Below are positions 46,667-56,927 of a stretch of DNA of 64,000 nt, in pieces (the stretch's first letter is position 1; each line of letters opens with the position of its first letter). The DNA lies in the NCBI GenBank assembly GCA_041741715.1, contig JBGSJT010000469.1, positions 14,082 through 78,081 of the forward strand. Direction: 5' to 3'. Both the position numbers and the translations under genes were made by a program. The notes beneath the pieces were generated by a model. That model was not told the DNA's origin, did not search any database, and saw only the letters and a program-made list of their open reading frames with translations. This DNA is from Pirellulaceae bacterium. GTDB lineage: Bacteria > Planctomycetota > Planctomycetia > Pirellulales > Pirellulaceae.

Positions 46667-47542
46667 ATGAAGAAGATCAATCGTATTGTCAGAGACGTTC
46701 CTCAACATTGGGTTGGTGATGGCTTCCCAGTTCGGAGCCTGTTTACCTACGGCGGCGGAAACGAGTTCGACCCGTTTCTGTTGCTTGACTACGCTGGCCC
46801 GTACGAATTCACTCCAGCCAACGGTCGGCGCGGCGTAGATGTGCATCCTCACAAGGGATTCGAGACGGTCACGATTCTGTATCAGGGTGAGTTGGCTCAC
46901 CGTGATTCAAGCGGTGGCAGTGGGCGACTCGGCCCTGGTGACGTTCAGTGGATGACGGCAGGCAACGGTATCGTTCACGAAGAATATCACAGCGACGACT
47001 TCACAAAACGGGGCGGCACGTTGGAAATGGTCCAACTCTGGGTAAACCTCCCTGCGAAGGACAAACCCACACCCCCCAAGTATCAGGACTTGCGTGACGA
47101 CCAGTTTCCCCGAGTTGAGCTGGCCGGAAGTGCGGGCACAGTTCGCGTGATCGCAGGACAATTCGGGGACGTGCGCGGTGCTGCCAGTACGTTCTCGCCG
47201 ATCAATGTTTGGGACTTGCAACTGAATGCGAATGCAAGTGTCTCGTTAAAAGTACCTGTCGGACACACTACGGTCCTGATCGCTCAAGCGGGGAGCCTGA
47301 CGGTCAACGAATCGCACCTGAAAGCGGTCGAGCTCGCCTTGTTCGATCGCGGTGGGGACTCAATTACAATTGAAGCCGCTAGCCAGTCGCGAGTGCTAAT
47401 CTTAACCGGCGAACCGCTCGGCGAACCCGTTGTCGGTCAGGGGCCGTTTGTGATGAATTCTCGCGAGGAAATCCACGAAGCGATTCGCGACTACCAAGCG
47501 GGGAAGATGGGAAGTCTAGAAGATTGGAAATCGCCATTTTGA
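46667..47542 (+). CDS. Pirin family protein
   Basis: VGDGFPV, DPFLLLD, HPHKGFETVT, HRDS, QWMTAGNGIVHEE, QLWVNLP, GPFVMN. Confidence 0.95.
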   Translation: MKKINRIVRDVPQHWVGDGFPVRSLFTYGGGNEFDPFLLLDYAGPYEFTPANGRRGVDVHPHKGFETVTILYQGELAHRDSSGGSGRLGPGDVQWMTAGNGIVHEEYHSDDFTKRGGTLEMVQLWVNLPAKDKPTPPKYQDLRDDQFPRVELAGSAGTVRVIAGQFGDVRGAASTFSPINVWDLQLNANASVSLKVPVGHTTVLIAQAGSLTVNESHLKAVELALFDRGGDSITIEAASQSRVLILTGEPLGEPVVGQGPFVMNSREEIHEAIRDYQAGKMGSLEDWKSPF

Positions 47543-47654
47543 TTAGCCACTCGCGCGTTAGCTGTCGTGTACTGAATAAAACAATTCAGTCACGTCAGCC
47601 ATGAAGAATGCAGTTGCTCGTTTCGTGTGCTGCGGTCCGATGTCGCTCAGGTAG

Positions 47655-47765
47655 TTCGGGTAAATCAAAGAGCGGGCGTATCTCGACGGTCCCCCTTTTT
47701 GCCGGTGGTATACGGGTGGAAATAGCGATCGCTTCGTCGAGATTGTCCACGTCAATGATGTAATA
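47655..47765 (-). pseudogene. C-terminal remnant of a YciI/DGPF-family protein
   Basis: YYIIDVDNLDEAIAISTRIPPAKRGTVEIRP; the DGPF-containing N-terminal part is absent. Confidence 0.75.
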
Positions 47766-47815
47766 AAGCCTACACTCCAGCACAAAGATGGTTGCGCTGC
47801 GTTCGATTGCTTATA

Positions 47816-47842
47816 GTCGAGTGCCGATGCGCTGAATCGACA
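47816..47842 (-). promoter_or_regulatory. ECF42-type promoter (-35 TGTCGA, 17 bp, -10 CGAC)
   Basis: Minus strand TGTCGA-ttcagcgcatcggcact-CGAC, between the ECF42 gene and the DGPF remnant. Confidence 0.7.
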
Positions 47843-47870
47843 TTGCATGGAAGAGTTTTGCGAAAAAACT

Positions 47871-49112
47871 TCAAAGTTGCAAGTTCGCTAGCTTTTTCGT
47901 CAAAAATCTTTGCTCGGACGACTGGCTGGAAAGCTCCAAAGCGGTCTGAATCGCCTTGCGTCCGGCTTCGACATCGCCCAGTCGCAATAGAAACTCCCCT
48001 CGTGCCGCGTGAGCTAGCGTGTACTGACGAAGCTCGCCGCGCGCGAGAATTGCTTCAACGATCGCAAGTCCAGCCTCCGGCCCGTCACGCATCGCAATGG
48101 CAACAGCGCGATTAAGTTGGACGACGGGGCCGGGTAAGAGTCGCAACAGCACGTCGTACAGAGCGATGATCTGGGACCAATCGGTGTCCGCAGGCGTTTT
48201 CGCCTCGGCGTGAACTGCTGAGATCGAGGCTTGCAGAGTGTACGCACCGAATCTGCCACTGCGCATCGATCGTTCGATCAGCTCGGTCCCTTCGCGAATC
48301 ATCGCTTGGTTCCATCGCGCGCGGTCTTGATCTTCGAGCAGTACAATGTCGCCAACGGAGTTCGTGCGCGCCTCGCGACGCGACTCGTGCAATAACATCA
48401 GCGCGAGCAATCCACGCACTTCGCTGTCGTCAAGTAAGCTCAGTAATAATCTCCCCAGCCGGATCGCTTCATCGGACAAATCCGCTCGTGTAAGACTCTC
48501 ACCGCGCGAAGTGGAATAGCCCTCGTTGAAGATCAAGTAGACAACCGACAGCACACTGTCCAAGCGGCCTGGTAATTCGCTCACTTCGGGAATTTCAATC
48601 GGTATCTTTGCGTCCCTTATCTTGGCTTTGCCACGCACCAGACGTTGAGCCATCGTCTTTGTTTCAGTTAGAAACGCGCTCGCGATCTCTTCGGTCGTCA
48701 AACCACACACTTCGCGCAGCGTCAATGGCACTTGAATCGACGGGTCGATGGCTGGGTGGCAACACGTGAAGATGAGACGCAGCCGATCATCTTCAATTCC
48801 ATCGGCGTTCTTGGCTGCGTTGGACTCACGAATTGCATCGAGACGCCGCGTCACATCGATAGCCATCTCGCCAAGTTTTGACTTGCGACGGATCCGATCG
48901 ATGGCTTGAAAGCGTCCAGCAGAAACGAGCCAAGCAACAGCATTTTCAGGAATGCCATCTACGGGCCATTGAACCAGTGCCGCCGCGAAAGCATCCTGCA
49001 GCGCATCTTCGGCCAAGTCGAAATCGCCCAATACCCTTACCAGCGACGCGAACACTTTTCGCGACGCTTGCTGGAAAGTTGTTTCAATGGTCTGTTGGAC
49101 CACATGGTTCAT
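47871..49112 (-). CDS. ECF42-type sigma factor with C-terminal DUF6596/TPR extension
   Basis: LGDFDLAEDALQDAF, DDRLRLIFTCCHPA, LTLREVCGLTTEEIA, YLIFNEGY, GLLALMLL, DQDRARW, YTLQA, TDWSQI, VVQLNRAVA. Confidence 0.92.
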   Translation of the reverse strand: MNHVVQQTIETTFQQASRKVFASLVRVLGDFDLAEDALQDAFAAALVQWPVDGIPENAVAWLVSAGRFQAIDRIRRKSKLGEMAIDVTRRLDAIRESNAAKNADGIEDDRLRLIFTCCHPAIDPSIQVPLTLREVCGLTTEEIASAFLTETKTMAQRLVRGKAKIRDAKIPIEIPEVSELPGRLDSVLSVVYLIFNEGYSTSRGESLTRADLSDEAIRLGRLLLSLLDDSEVRGLLALMLLHESRREARTNSVGDIVLLEDQDRARWNQAMIREGTELIERSMRSGRFGAYTLQASISAVHAEAKTPADTDWSQIIALYDVLLRLLPGPVVQLNRAVAIAMRDGPEAGLAIVEAILARGELRQYTLAHAARGEFLLRLGDVEAGRKAIQTALELSSQSSEQRFLTKKLANLQL

Positions 49113-49212
49113 AGTGAATAGCCCAATAATAGCAACTTAGAGCAAGGTTTTCGGCGCTTGTTGGTACGTAGCTGATCTGACTCTGCCAACGACAGCGAGA
49201 GATTCCAGAGTA

Positions 49213-49285
49213 GAACAATTGTCCCCAATTGTTCACGATTCTATTGACCCCAATTGTTCACGATTTTATTGTCCCCAACTGTACA
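49213..49285. repeat. About 2.7 x 25-bp tandem repeat overlapping a 9-bp palindrome
   Basis: attgtccccaattgttcacgattct / attgaccccaattgttcacgatttt / attgtccccaactgtaca; GAACAATTG-tccc-CAATTGTTC at 49213-49234. Confidence 0.8.
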
Positions 49286-49451
49286 GGTTTTTGACGGGAT
49301 TAAGCAATCCGAAGCGTTGAACCATTGAGACAATGGTTCTACTCTTTCTCAATTCCAACGTTTACCATGCACGGTCAATGTTCAGTTGTAATAGCCTTCA
49401 GGAAATCTCACTGGCCAATGCCAAACAGCTCTCAAGGGACGTCCCGAACCT

Positions 49452-51782
49452 TTATGGATTGAACGGTCTACCTACGAGCTCGTTCCATTTCTGTCGCTGC
49501 ACGGGTGTTAGGATCTCGAGGATGTGCTTGACCGTTTTTTGCGTTACCGGCGATTGGGACATATCTCGCGGCGGACGACGATCATCGCGCCCGAAATGGT
49601 TGGGTGGGCCATCACCGCGTCCGCCGGGTGGGCCCCCTGAGAATGGACCATCTCCTCCGAAGCCGAAGCGACGTGGTGGTTTGCCATCAGGTGGTCCACG
49701 ATGGTCAAAATCTTGTGGGCGCGGTGGTTGGTTTGGCCCCATTAAAAAATTATCGCCGCGCCCTGGCCGCGTCTCTTCGATGATGCGGTTGATGTCGGAA
49801 GTCTGTTGGCTTGTCAAACCGAGTACAGCAATTACCTCAGAGGTTTTGAAGGCAAATGGCAATTGCCTTTGCAGCGAGATCTGACGCAGGCGTTTCAATT
49901 GTTCGTCCGTCAGCTGCTCGGAAACAAAGGCGTCAAAATCGTGTAGTAGCGCCGTCAGCTCTAAGTTCTCGCTTTTCAGGCCACTAGGGTTTTGATTCGC
50001 CAAGGAACGACGCTCGCCCTCAAAGCCAAAAATCGCATCTCTTAGGATCGTTGCCTTCTCGGCCGGAATCGCGAGTTCTTCACGCACGGCTGGATCTTCT
50101 AATTGCAACAACGGAAACAGGTTGTCAAGAATTCGCAGCTCATTGACCATACCCTCCACGCGAGCCGAAGTGGCCGATAGTTCACTGGCCAGTGTTGGGT
50201 CATTGGACCGCACACTCAAAAAATCGCGGTAGTACTCCAGCGAGGTCTCCAAGAAACTACGCCTTAGGTCCTGCAAATCAGCCCGATACGCCAATTCGCT
50301 TTCACTCAAGTTACTAAACGTGTCGACTGCTGACCGAGCTTGCTGAAAACTTCGTTCAGCCAGTCGTCGTTGTTCGGTTTCTCTGGCTAGCGCGTTTTGC
50401 GTAGCCCGTTGCTCGCGCCAGACCATCAGCGTAGTGGCCGATAGTGCCAATGTTGATAGGAGTAGTATGCCACTGGCGACGGCCACCAGACCGCTATTGC
50501 GACGTCGCCATTTCGCCAATCGTTCCCAGGCTGTGGGCGGTTTGGCTTTGATCGGTTTATCGTGCAGCCAACTCTGCAAATCATCGGCAAAATCGCTTGA
50601 CGTCGCGTAACGCTCTGATGGTAACTTGGCGATCGCCCGGCGAATGATAGTGTCTAGTTCGATCGGCAGCCAAGGATCGATCGACTTGGGCGCAAGCGGT
50701 TCTTGTTCGGCAATTTCGTTGAGCATTTCGCGATAGCCCTCGCCACGGATCGCGGGCTGCAACGTCAGTACTTCATAGAGTGTTACCCCCAACGAGTAAA
50801 TGTCGGTGCGATGATCCAGCACTGCGCGATTGCCTGCCGCCTGTTCAGGACTCATATAACGCAGCGTCCCCATCGGGTCACCCGTGCGCGTCAGTGGCGA
50901 TGCTGCATCTTGAACTTGAGCGAGTCCAAAATCGGTAACCCAAAGTTTTCCAGCCGAATCCAACAGCAGGTTGGCTGGCTTGATGTCGCGATGAATCACG
51001 CCATACCCGTGTGCGTAGTCGAGCGCCAGTGCCGCCTGAATCGTCAGCTTGACCATCGACCTTACGTACTCGCCTCGATCGGAATGGCCACTGACGATCG
51101 ACTGGCTTGCTGAAGCGAGTGGGAGCGTGGATGAACGGAAGCCTTTCCGCGTTTCCTGCTTGCCATTGGTACGTTCACGCCGCACTTCTTCAATCAAATC
51201 GCCAACCGTTTGCCCGTCGATTAGCTGCATAGCATAGTAATGGATACCACGCTCACTACCCACGGCGTAGACCGGCACGATGTTCGTATGGTGGAGAGCT
51301 GCTGCAGCATGTGCTTCGTTTCGAAATCGTTGCAATCGCACTTCGTCCAGTCCGCTAGCGAATGGCAAGACTTTTAGGGCAACGCGTCGACCCAACGATA
51401 ACTGAATAGCCTCATAGACGACACCCATCCCGCCGCGGCCAATCTCACCAACGATTTGAAAGTCACCGATTGGCTTGGCCGTGAATTCGGCGTCGGGCGC
51501 AACGAGCGCGGAAGATTTCGGCGGTCCAGCGCGATGCACCAAAGCGAGCCCTTCGAGCGCTGGCCGCAGTTCGTCAGCAATGTCGACATGCTTGGACAGG
51601 TAGGCGTCCACGGACGGAGCCCCGCCTTCGTCGAGCAAATTCATATAGCGCTTCACCGCATGGACCACGCGATCATCGCTATCCTCATTGTGTCGAACAA
51701 GTAGGTCCAAAGTGATGTCATCGCCAGCCATCGTGCTTGATCCGTCGTTTTTTTCAGTTACGGGTTGCTGCGTACTTTTCAA
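49452..51782 (-). CDS. Membrane Ser/Thr protein kinase, ECF-associated type
   Basis: IGRGGMGVVY, VALK, HRDIKPANL, DFG, GTLRYMSPEQ; TM helix; C-terminal LTxxQ motifs and a Gly/Pro-rich tail. Confidence 0.93.
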   Translation of the reverse strand: MKSTQQPVTEKNDGSSTMAGDDITLDLLVRHNEDSDDRVVHAVKRYMNLLDEGGAPSVDAYLSKHVDIADELRPALEGLALVHRAGPPKSSALVAPDAEFTAKPIGDFQIVGEIGRGGMGVVYEAIQLSLGRRVALKVLPFASGLDEVRLQRFRNEAHAAAALHHTNIVPVYAVGSERGIHYYAMQLIDGQTVGDLIEEVRRERTNGKQETRKGFRSSTLPLASASQSIVSGHSDRGEYVRSMVKLTIQAALALDYAHGYGVIHRDIKPANLLLDSAGKLWVTDFGLAQVQDAASPLTRTGDPMGTLRYMSPEQAAGNRAVLDHRTDIYSLGVTLYEVLTLQPAIRGEGYREMLNEIAEQEPLAPKSIDPWLPIELDTIIRRAIAKLPSERYATSSDFADDLQSWLHDKPIKAKPPTAWERLAKWRRRNSGLVAVASGILLLSTLALSATTLMVWREQRATQNALARETEQRRLAERSFQQARSAVDTFSNLSESELAYRADLQDLRRSFLETSLEYYRDFLSVRSNDPTLASELSATSARVEGMVNELRILDNLFPLLQLEDPAVREELAIPAEKATILRDAIFGFEGERRSLANQNPSGLKSENLELTALLHDFDAFVSEQLTDEQLKRLRQISLQRQLPFAFKTSEVIAVLGLTSQQTSDINRIIEETRPGRGDNFLMGPNQPPRPQDFDHRGPPDGKPPRRFGFGGDGPFSGGPPGGRGDGPPNHFGRDDRRPPRDMSQSPVTQKTVKHILEILTPVQRQKWNELVGRPFNP

Positions 51783-51921
51783 CTATTATTTGACAAGTTG
51801 CATTTTCCACTAGAGTACCGCCGCAGTAAAACGCAAATCTGACGAAGATACTCGGTTGCAATTGCTGTGCGTTCAATACGTGGATCGGCTCAAAAACTCA
51901 ACTGGCCAGAATACACGTACT

Positions 51922-53316
51922 CTATTCGTCGATGTTGTAGGCCCGTAGTCGCTCGCGCAGAGTGCCGCGATGAATTCCCAACAACTCAGCAGCTTTAGCA
52001 CGATTCCCGCCAGAGTGTTCAATTGCAGTTTGGATCAACGCTGGCTCGGCGGCTGCTAAGAACTGTGCATGCAGTGAGACGGTGTTTTCAGGAGCCTTTC
52101 GCAATGCAGCTAGTGTCCAGTGGCGGACTATTTCGTCTAGAGAACCTGGTTCCGTTTCGTCATTCATGTGAACCGGAGCTGGAAAATCAGATAATTGCAG
52201 GGGCTTTCCGCGAGCCAATAAGGCTGCGTGCTCGATGGCGTTGCGCAGCTCCCTTACGTTTCCACTCCAAGCTCGTTTTTCCAAAGCCGCGATAAGTGTT
52301 TCGCTCGGTTGCTGACTAAATGTATCGCTCAAGTTGGCCAGGAAGTAATTGCATAATTGCCCAACATCTTCCGCTCGGTGGCGCAGTGGCGGCAAGTGAA
52401 TGTGCATGCCGTTCAGCCGATAGTACAAGTCTTCACGAAACCGCTTCTCTTTAACGGCCAAACTCAAGTCGCAGTTGGTGGCTGCCAGGATACGAACATC
52501 GCTGCGACGTGGAGTCATTTCACCTACGCGACAGTACTCTCCCTGTTCCAGTACCCGCAGGAGTTTCGCTTGAATTCCAGGTTGCAGCTCGCCAATCTCA
52601 TCGAGCAACACGGTCCCTCCCTGAATCTGTTCGAACAAACCCGCCCGGTCGTCACCGGCCCCGGTGAACGCACCCTTAACATGCCCGAAAAGTTCGCTTT
52701 CAATCAACTCTGAATTGAGAGCGACCGGCGCGATCGCCAGGTAAGGTCGACTGGCACGTGCGCTATGACGATGTATGGCTGCAGCCACCAGTTCTTTGCC
52801 AGTTCCAGTTTCGCCAGTAATTAACACGGACAAGTCACTCTGTGCGACGATCGCAATTTGACGAAAAACTTGTTGAATCGCTGGTGAAGAACCAATAATG
52901 CAATGTTTGTCGTGATTTCGCGCGGCCAACATGCCACGCTTCCCGTCAGTACGTGAGGCATCTAAGTTCGAGTTGCATACGCGCGACGCATCTTCAAGTT
53001 TAAATGGCTTAGTCAAATAGTCACTGGCACCTTGCTTGACAGCAGCTACAGCAGTTTCCAGATCGCCAAAGGCTGTCATGATCACTACCGGTGCCCCATC
53101 AGTTGCAGCGATGAACTTGGGTAGTGCTGAAATCCCATCTTCATGTGGGAGTCGCACATCTAGCAGTACCATCGCAGGCTTACGCTCCGCAGCAATCGCG
53201 AGGCCATCTTCGGCGGAGGAGGCTGTCACAACCGCTTTCCCTTGGCCAATGAGCATTCGTTCAATAGCCCAGCAAATAGAAGGTTCGTCGTCGACGACTA
53301 AAACTAAGTCAGACAT
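51922..53316 (-). CDS. Sigma-54-dependent response regulator (NtrC family)
   Basis: VVDDE receiver, LLDVRLP, GETGTGKE, ESELFGHVKGAFTGA, LLDEIGE, FREDLYYRL, WSGNVREL, Fis-type HTH. Confidence 0.95.
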   Translation of the reverse strand: MSDLVLVVDDEPSICWAIERMLIGQGKAVVTASSAEDGLAIAAERKPAMVLLDVRLPHEDGISALPKFIAATDGAPVVIMTAFGDLETAVAAVKQGASDYLTKPFKLEDASRVCNSNLDASRTDGKRGMLAARNHDKHCIIGSSPAIQQVFRQIAIVAQSDLSVLITGETGTGKELVAAAIHRHSARASRPYLAIAPVALNSELIESELFGHVKGAFTGAGDDRAGLFEQIQGGTVLLDEIGELQPGIQAKLLRVLEQGEYCRVGEMTPRRSDVRILAATNCDLSLAVKEKRFREDLYYRLNGMHIHLPPLRHRAEDVGQLCNYFLANLSDTFSQQPSETLIAALEKRAWSGNVRELRNAIEHAALLARGKPLQLSDFPAPVHMNDETEPGSLDEIVRHWTLAALRKAPENTVSLHAQFLAAAEPALIQTAIEHSGGNRAKAAELLGIHRGTLRERLRAYNIDE

Positions 53317-54691
53317 GGTTCACTTTGCATTGAAACTCAAAGATGGTACGGTTGTCGATTCGTCTCCATTCTACTTTGCCAGAAAGTTGCATTGCCGCCC
53401 GCCGAACCAGTGGTAGCCCTAGCCCCATCCCCTCGGGTCTGGTCGTGACAAACGGCTCAAATAGTTGTTCGGCCACTGCCGGATCAATACCGGAGCCATC
53501 ATCGGCGACAATTACCTTGCAAGTATACTCTGCCACCGTCGCACGCACCTGTACACGCTTAGCAGCCTGAAGTCCGTTGAGCACTAGATTAGATATAGCT
53601 GCTGTGAACGTCGAGCCATCGGCAACTTCAAAGTGCTCTGGCAACTGCTCCAAATCCCATTCCAATTCCACTCGTAGATGTTTGGCGACTGCCGCATGGC
53701 TGGAGCGGACATCACTCAAACAAGTGAGTACGGTAGCCGGTTCGTCAGACTGTTGCTCGCCCGCGCCAACCATCATTAGGCGGCGCACGTAGTCCTCGGC
53801 ATCCTCCATCTCACGTAACGCTACATCTACTTCTTGCTTATCGGCACTCGCACAACTCTGTCGGTGAAGTTCCAGAGCCAGTCTCGCTCCTGTCAATGTA
53901 TTCCTCAATTGGTGCGCCATACCACCAGCGATCTGGTGAAGCAGCTTTTCGCTCTGCTGTCGATTGACCTGCTTCCAGAGCTGGTTCAATTGCATTGACA
54001 TTTTGTCAACGGATTGGCCCAAACGTCCGACTTCGTCTGTGGAACTATCTGCCACCTGCGAATCAAAGTCTCCGCCCGCAACCTTTTCCACGCTAAATTG
54101 TAGCCGCTGCAATCGACCAACCAACCGACCAGTCATGGCTGTTAAAAGTGTGGTAAGCAAGACAATTGTTGAAATTCCCGTTACCAATGGAAGTAGTCCC
54201 GCGCGGCGACCGGCAGCCTGAACGCGAGATTCATCGAACAGGACAATTACCTGGCCGACGCTATCCGATCGATTGTGATTCATCGGCCGACGAATACTAA
54301 GCGCCAGGTAGGCCAACTGACCAACTTCAAGTTCTATGGCGTCCTTTGCTTCTGAGCCAGCGCGAGCCGAAAGTGATCGAACTGACAGGCTCATCTTAGA
54401 TTCCAGGCCGTTTGGGAGCGTGCTCGCCTGCAAAACGCTGCTATCATCGAGGGCGATCAATTCCGTACCCGATAGTTTAGCCAGTGACGAGACTACTGAC
54501 ATCGTCAACGGAAAACTCGCTTGTTGTATCGTTGAATTGATTGCATCAAACCTCTCTTGAACTTCGTGAATCGCCCACTGTCGACCCACCAAAGACGAGA
54601 GAATGGCGACGATGACGGCAGCTGCCGCTGACGTGGCCAGCAGCGGCCATAGCAGTCGAATTCTGAGAGATAGTTTTCTTGGAGACCGCAC
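53309..54691 (-). CDS. HAMP-domain sensor histidine kinase
   Basis: Two TM segments, HAMP (DEVGRL), AHQLRN, NLVLNG, DDGSGI, FEPFVTTR, GMGLGL. Confidence 0.92.
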   Translation of the reverse strand: MRSPRKLSLRIRLLWPLLATSAAAAVIVAILSSLVGRQWAIHEVQERFDAINSTIQQASFPLTMSVVSSLAKLSGTELIALDDSSVLQASTLPNGLESKMSLSVRSLSARAGSEAKDAIELEVGQLAYLALSIRRPMNHNRSDSVGQVIVLFDESRVQAAGRRAGLLPLVTGISTIVLLTTLLTAMTGRLVGRLQRLQFSVEKVAGGDFDSQVADSSTDEVGRLGQSVDKMSMQLNQLWKQVNRQQSEKLLHQIAGGMAHQLRNTLTGARLALELHRQSCASADKQEVDVALREMEDAEDYVRRLMMVGAGEQQSDEPATVLTCLSDVRSSHAAVAKHLRVELEWDLEQLPEHFEVADGSTFTAAISNLVLNGLQAAKRVQVRATVAEYTCKVIVADDGSGIDPAVAEQLFEPFVTTRPEGMGLGLPLVRRAAMQLSGKVEWRRIDNRTIFEFQCKVNHV

Positions 54692-54693
54692 AA

Positions 54694-55806
54694 CTAGTTT
54701 GACTTACAATGGCTTAGAGCAAGCAGGCTGAATACGGTCGCCAAGTTGGGATCGCTCTCCAACCATTTTGAATTGGAATTGGTCCAAGATCCATCGGCGG
54801 CTTGTAGTTTTCCCAAATGTTCGACTAATTCAGCGCGCCAGTCATGCTGCTTGCCAGCCGCATCGCTAAAGTCAGTCAGCTCTGCGGAATCGAGCGCTTT
54901 GGCGAACAAGTGATAATAATAGTATAGTCCCGCGTCCCCTAGACCTGGATTGGACTCAAGTGTGTAGTGCTTTTTGATCCATGTCAGCGCGGCGGCGACC
55001 CGTGGGTCGTCGGGCGATAGGCCCGCGTAGATCATACTCTTTAGTCCGGCATACGTCATCGAACCGTAACTGCGTAGTCCTCCGTCGGCGGTTTCGCCAG
55101 CGGCAGACACGCCATCACCGGAGACGGTGTAGTAAAATCCACCGTCGTTGACTTCGGCCGCTTCGGCACTGGAGTTATGTGGCGATTCCAGATTTTGACA
55201 ACGTGAAATGAATATCAACGCCTTGGCAATCGCAGCGTCGTTCTCATTGTCTTTCATGTTGCTGAGTGCGTCTACCAAAAAGGCGGTATTGGACAAATCG
55301 GGTCGTGATTTGCCGCCGTAACCCGCCCCGCCGTATTCCAGATTGGACGGGTCAATACCGTCCGATTCGTCAAACTGCTCGCCCTTAAGGAACCTCGCCG
55401 CTTTTGATAGCGCCTCGTCGTACTTTCCGTTCTCATTGGCAGCTTCTAAGCACAGAATAGCTACGCAGGTCTCATACATTTTCAAACGAGAATCGGGCGC
55501 GTGGAGCCCTCCAGTAGGCTGCGCAGAACTGGACACAAGTGCAATCGCTTTGGAGAGCATGGGATCGGTGAGTGGTACGTCATTTCGGATCAGCGCAGTG
55601 GCTGCTAGGGCAGTGACGCCAATGCCGACTTTCGGGCTAAAGGCTCCATTGTCCTGCTGGCCTCGCCGCCGCAAGTACTCGATACCTTTACGGACAATCG
55701 CATCTCGTTCATTAGTTGTCTGTGACCAGCCCTGAATGCCAGGCGCACTGACAATAGCGATCGTCAGTAACGCAAGCAGTTTTCGGTTAGCAATTTGCAA
55801 TTTCAT
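54694..55806 (-). CDS. Secreted prenyltransferase/squalene oxidase repeat protein
   Basis: Signal peptide; QW-like repeats QQDNGAF, GGAGY, DGGFYY, LQAADGSW; RPDLSNT, YGSMTYAGLKS. Confidence 0.85.
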   Translation of the reverse strand: MKLQIANRKLLALLTIAIVSAPGIQGWSQTTNERDAIVRKGIEYLRRRGQQDNGAFSPKVGIGVTALAATALIRNDVPLTDPMLSKAIALVSSSAQPTGGLHAPDSRLKMYETCVAILCLEAANENGKYDEALSKAARFLKGEQFDESDGIDPSNLEYGGAGYGGKSRPDLSNTAFLVDALSNMKDNENDAAIAKALIFISRCQNLESPHNSSAEAAEVNDGGFYYTVSGDGVSAAGETADGGLRSYGSMTYAGLKSMIYAGLSPDDPRVAAALTWIKKHYTLESNPGLGDAGLYYYYHLFAKALDSAELTDFSDAAGKQHDWRAELVEHLGKLQAADGSWTNSNSKWLESDPNLATVFSLLALSHCKSN

Positions 55807-55846
55807 TGAATTGAGTCCTTTTTCATTAGTGTATACGAAATTTCAC

Positions 55847-56863
55847 TTATTCAGCGGTAACGACTTCGCCGCCGTTGCGCGTTCCGCTGGCGCGCCACAC
55901 GCTGGTATCGATGTTGTTGCTAACGGCGCGGACTGAGCCATCGCCCCAGACTGCGTTGACAATGCCCGTATGAAAGCTGCGTGCAGTGACGATAGCGAAC
56001 GAAGGGCGTGTCATCGAGTTGCCTTCCTGTTGCGAGTTGTAGTCGCAATTATATGTCACATCGTTGTAGACGTAGGGGATTCGCGTATTGGGAGAAAACG
56101 TCGTGGTGAAGCAACTGTGATGCGTGTGCCCATTGGCCCATTCGGTGTGGCCGGTACCATTGCCTGTTGCCAGAAGGCGATCCGGTCGGCCCGATGCGAT
56201 CATCGCTAGTGCATCCTCCACCGTCTGCGGTACATTGCTCGCGGGGGGGCCACCATTGCGGGTGTAGGCGGCCCAGGCATGCACTTCGGCCGCCAAAAGA
56301 GTGTTGCTTGTCCCGTCAGTAATATTGCCTATTTTCATGTTGGCATTGGGATAAGTAATGCCATTTCCACCTTGATTAGTGCGTGGATCGTATACGAACC
56401 AAGTACCGGCATTGAAACCATAGTTGGTTGGATAGAGATAAATTCCACTCGTACTTCCTGTGCTACTCGTGTCCCTCAACTCATCGCCTTTCGGATCTGA
56501 TGGACAATAGTAGACAGGGACGCGGAAACGACTGACCACGGGCTGCTGCGACCAGCCAATACTTAAATCAATCTGATTGTAGAAGTTGCCCTGTTCGAGG
56601 TACGGCATGATTCGCCCGTGCGCTGACCAACCTCCACCGCCGCTAGTTAAATCGGTGCACAGGCTTGGAGGCAGGCGCTGCGTCGCCGATTCGTAGTTGA
56701 GAGTTGCCAAACCGATTTGTTTAAGGTTATTGCCACACGACATTCGACGCGCCGCCTCTCTCGCCGCCTGCACGGCTGGCAGCAACAGTCCAACCAAAAT
56801 GCCAATGATGGCAATTACAACTAGTAGTTCCACCAAGGTAAAGCCTCGCGAATCTCGTCGCAT
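55847..56863 (-). CDS. DUF1559 prepilin-type protein
   Basis: [62 protein letters not shown]....DGSVR; CAGGAG RBS before ATG 56863. Confidence 0.95.
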   Translation of the reverse strand: MRRDSRGFTLVELLVVIAIIGILVGLLLPAVQAAREAARRMSCGNNLKQIGLATLNYESATQRLPPSLCTDLTSGGGGWSAHGRIMPYLEQGNFYNQIDLSIGWSQQPVVSRFRVPVYYCPSDPKGDELRDTSSTGSTSGIYLYPTNYGFNAGTWFVYDPRTNQGGNGITYPNANMKIGNITDGTSNTLLAAEVHAWAAYTRNGGPPASNVPQTVEDALAMIASGRPDRLLATGNGTGHTEWANGHTHHSCFTTTFSPNTRIPYVYNDVTYNCDYNSQQEGNSMTRPSFAIVTARSFHTGIVNAVWGDGSVRAVSNNIDTSVWRASGTRNGGEVVTAE

Positions 56864-56911
56864 TCTTGTTACTCCTGAAAGTGCGGTATCAACTATCCAG
56901 CTTGGTGGCAT

Positions 56912-56927
56912 TGCAGATACCGTTCCA
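56912..56927 (-). promoter_or_regulatory. Sigma-54 (-24/-12) promoter of the DUF1559 operon
   Basis: Minus strand TGGAACGGTATCTGCA: GG-N10-GC, about 50 bp upstream of the ATG. Confidence 0.75.
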
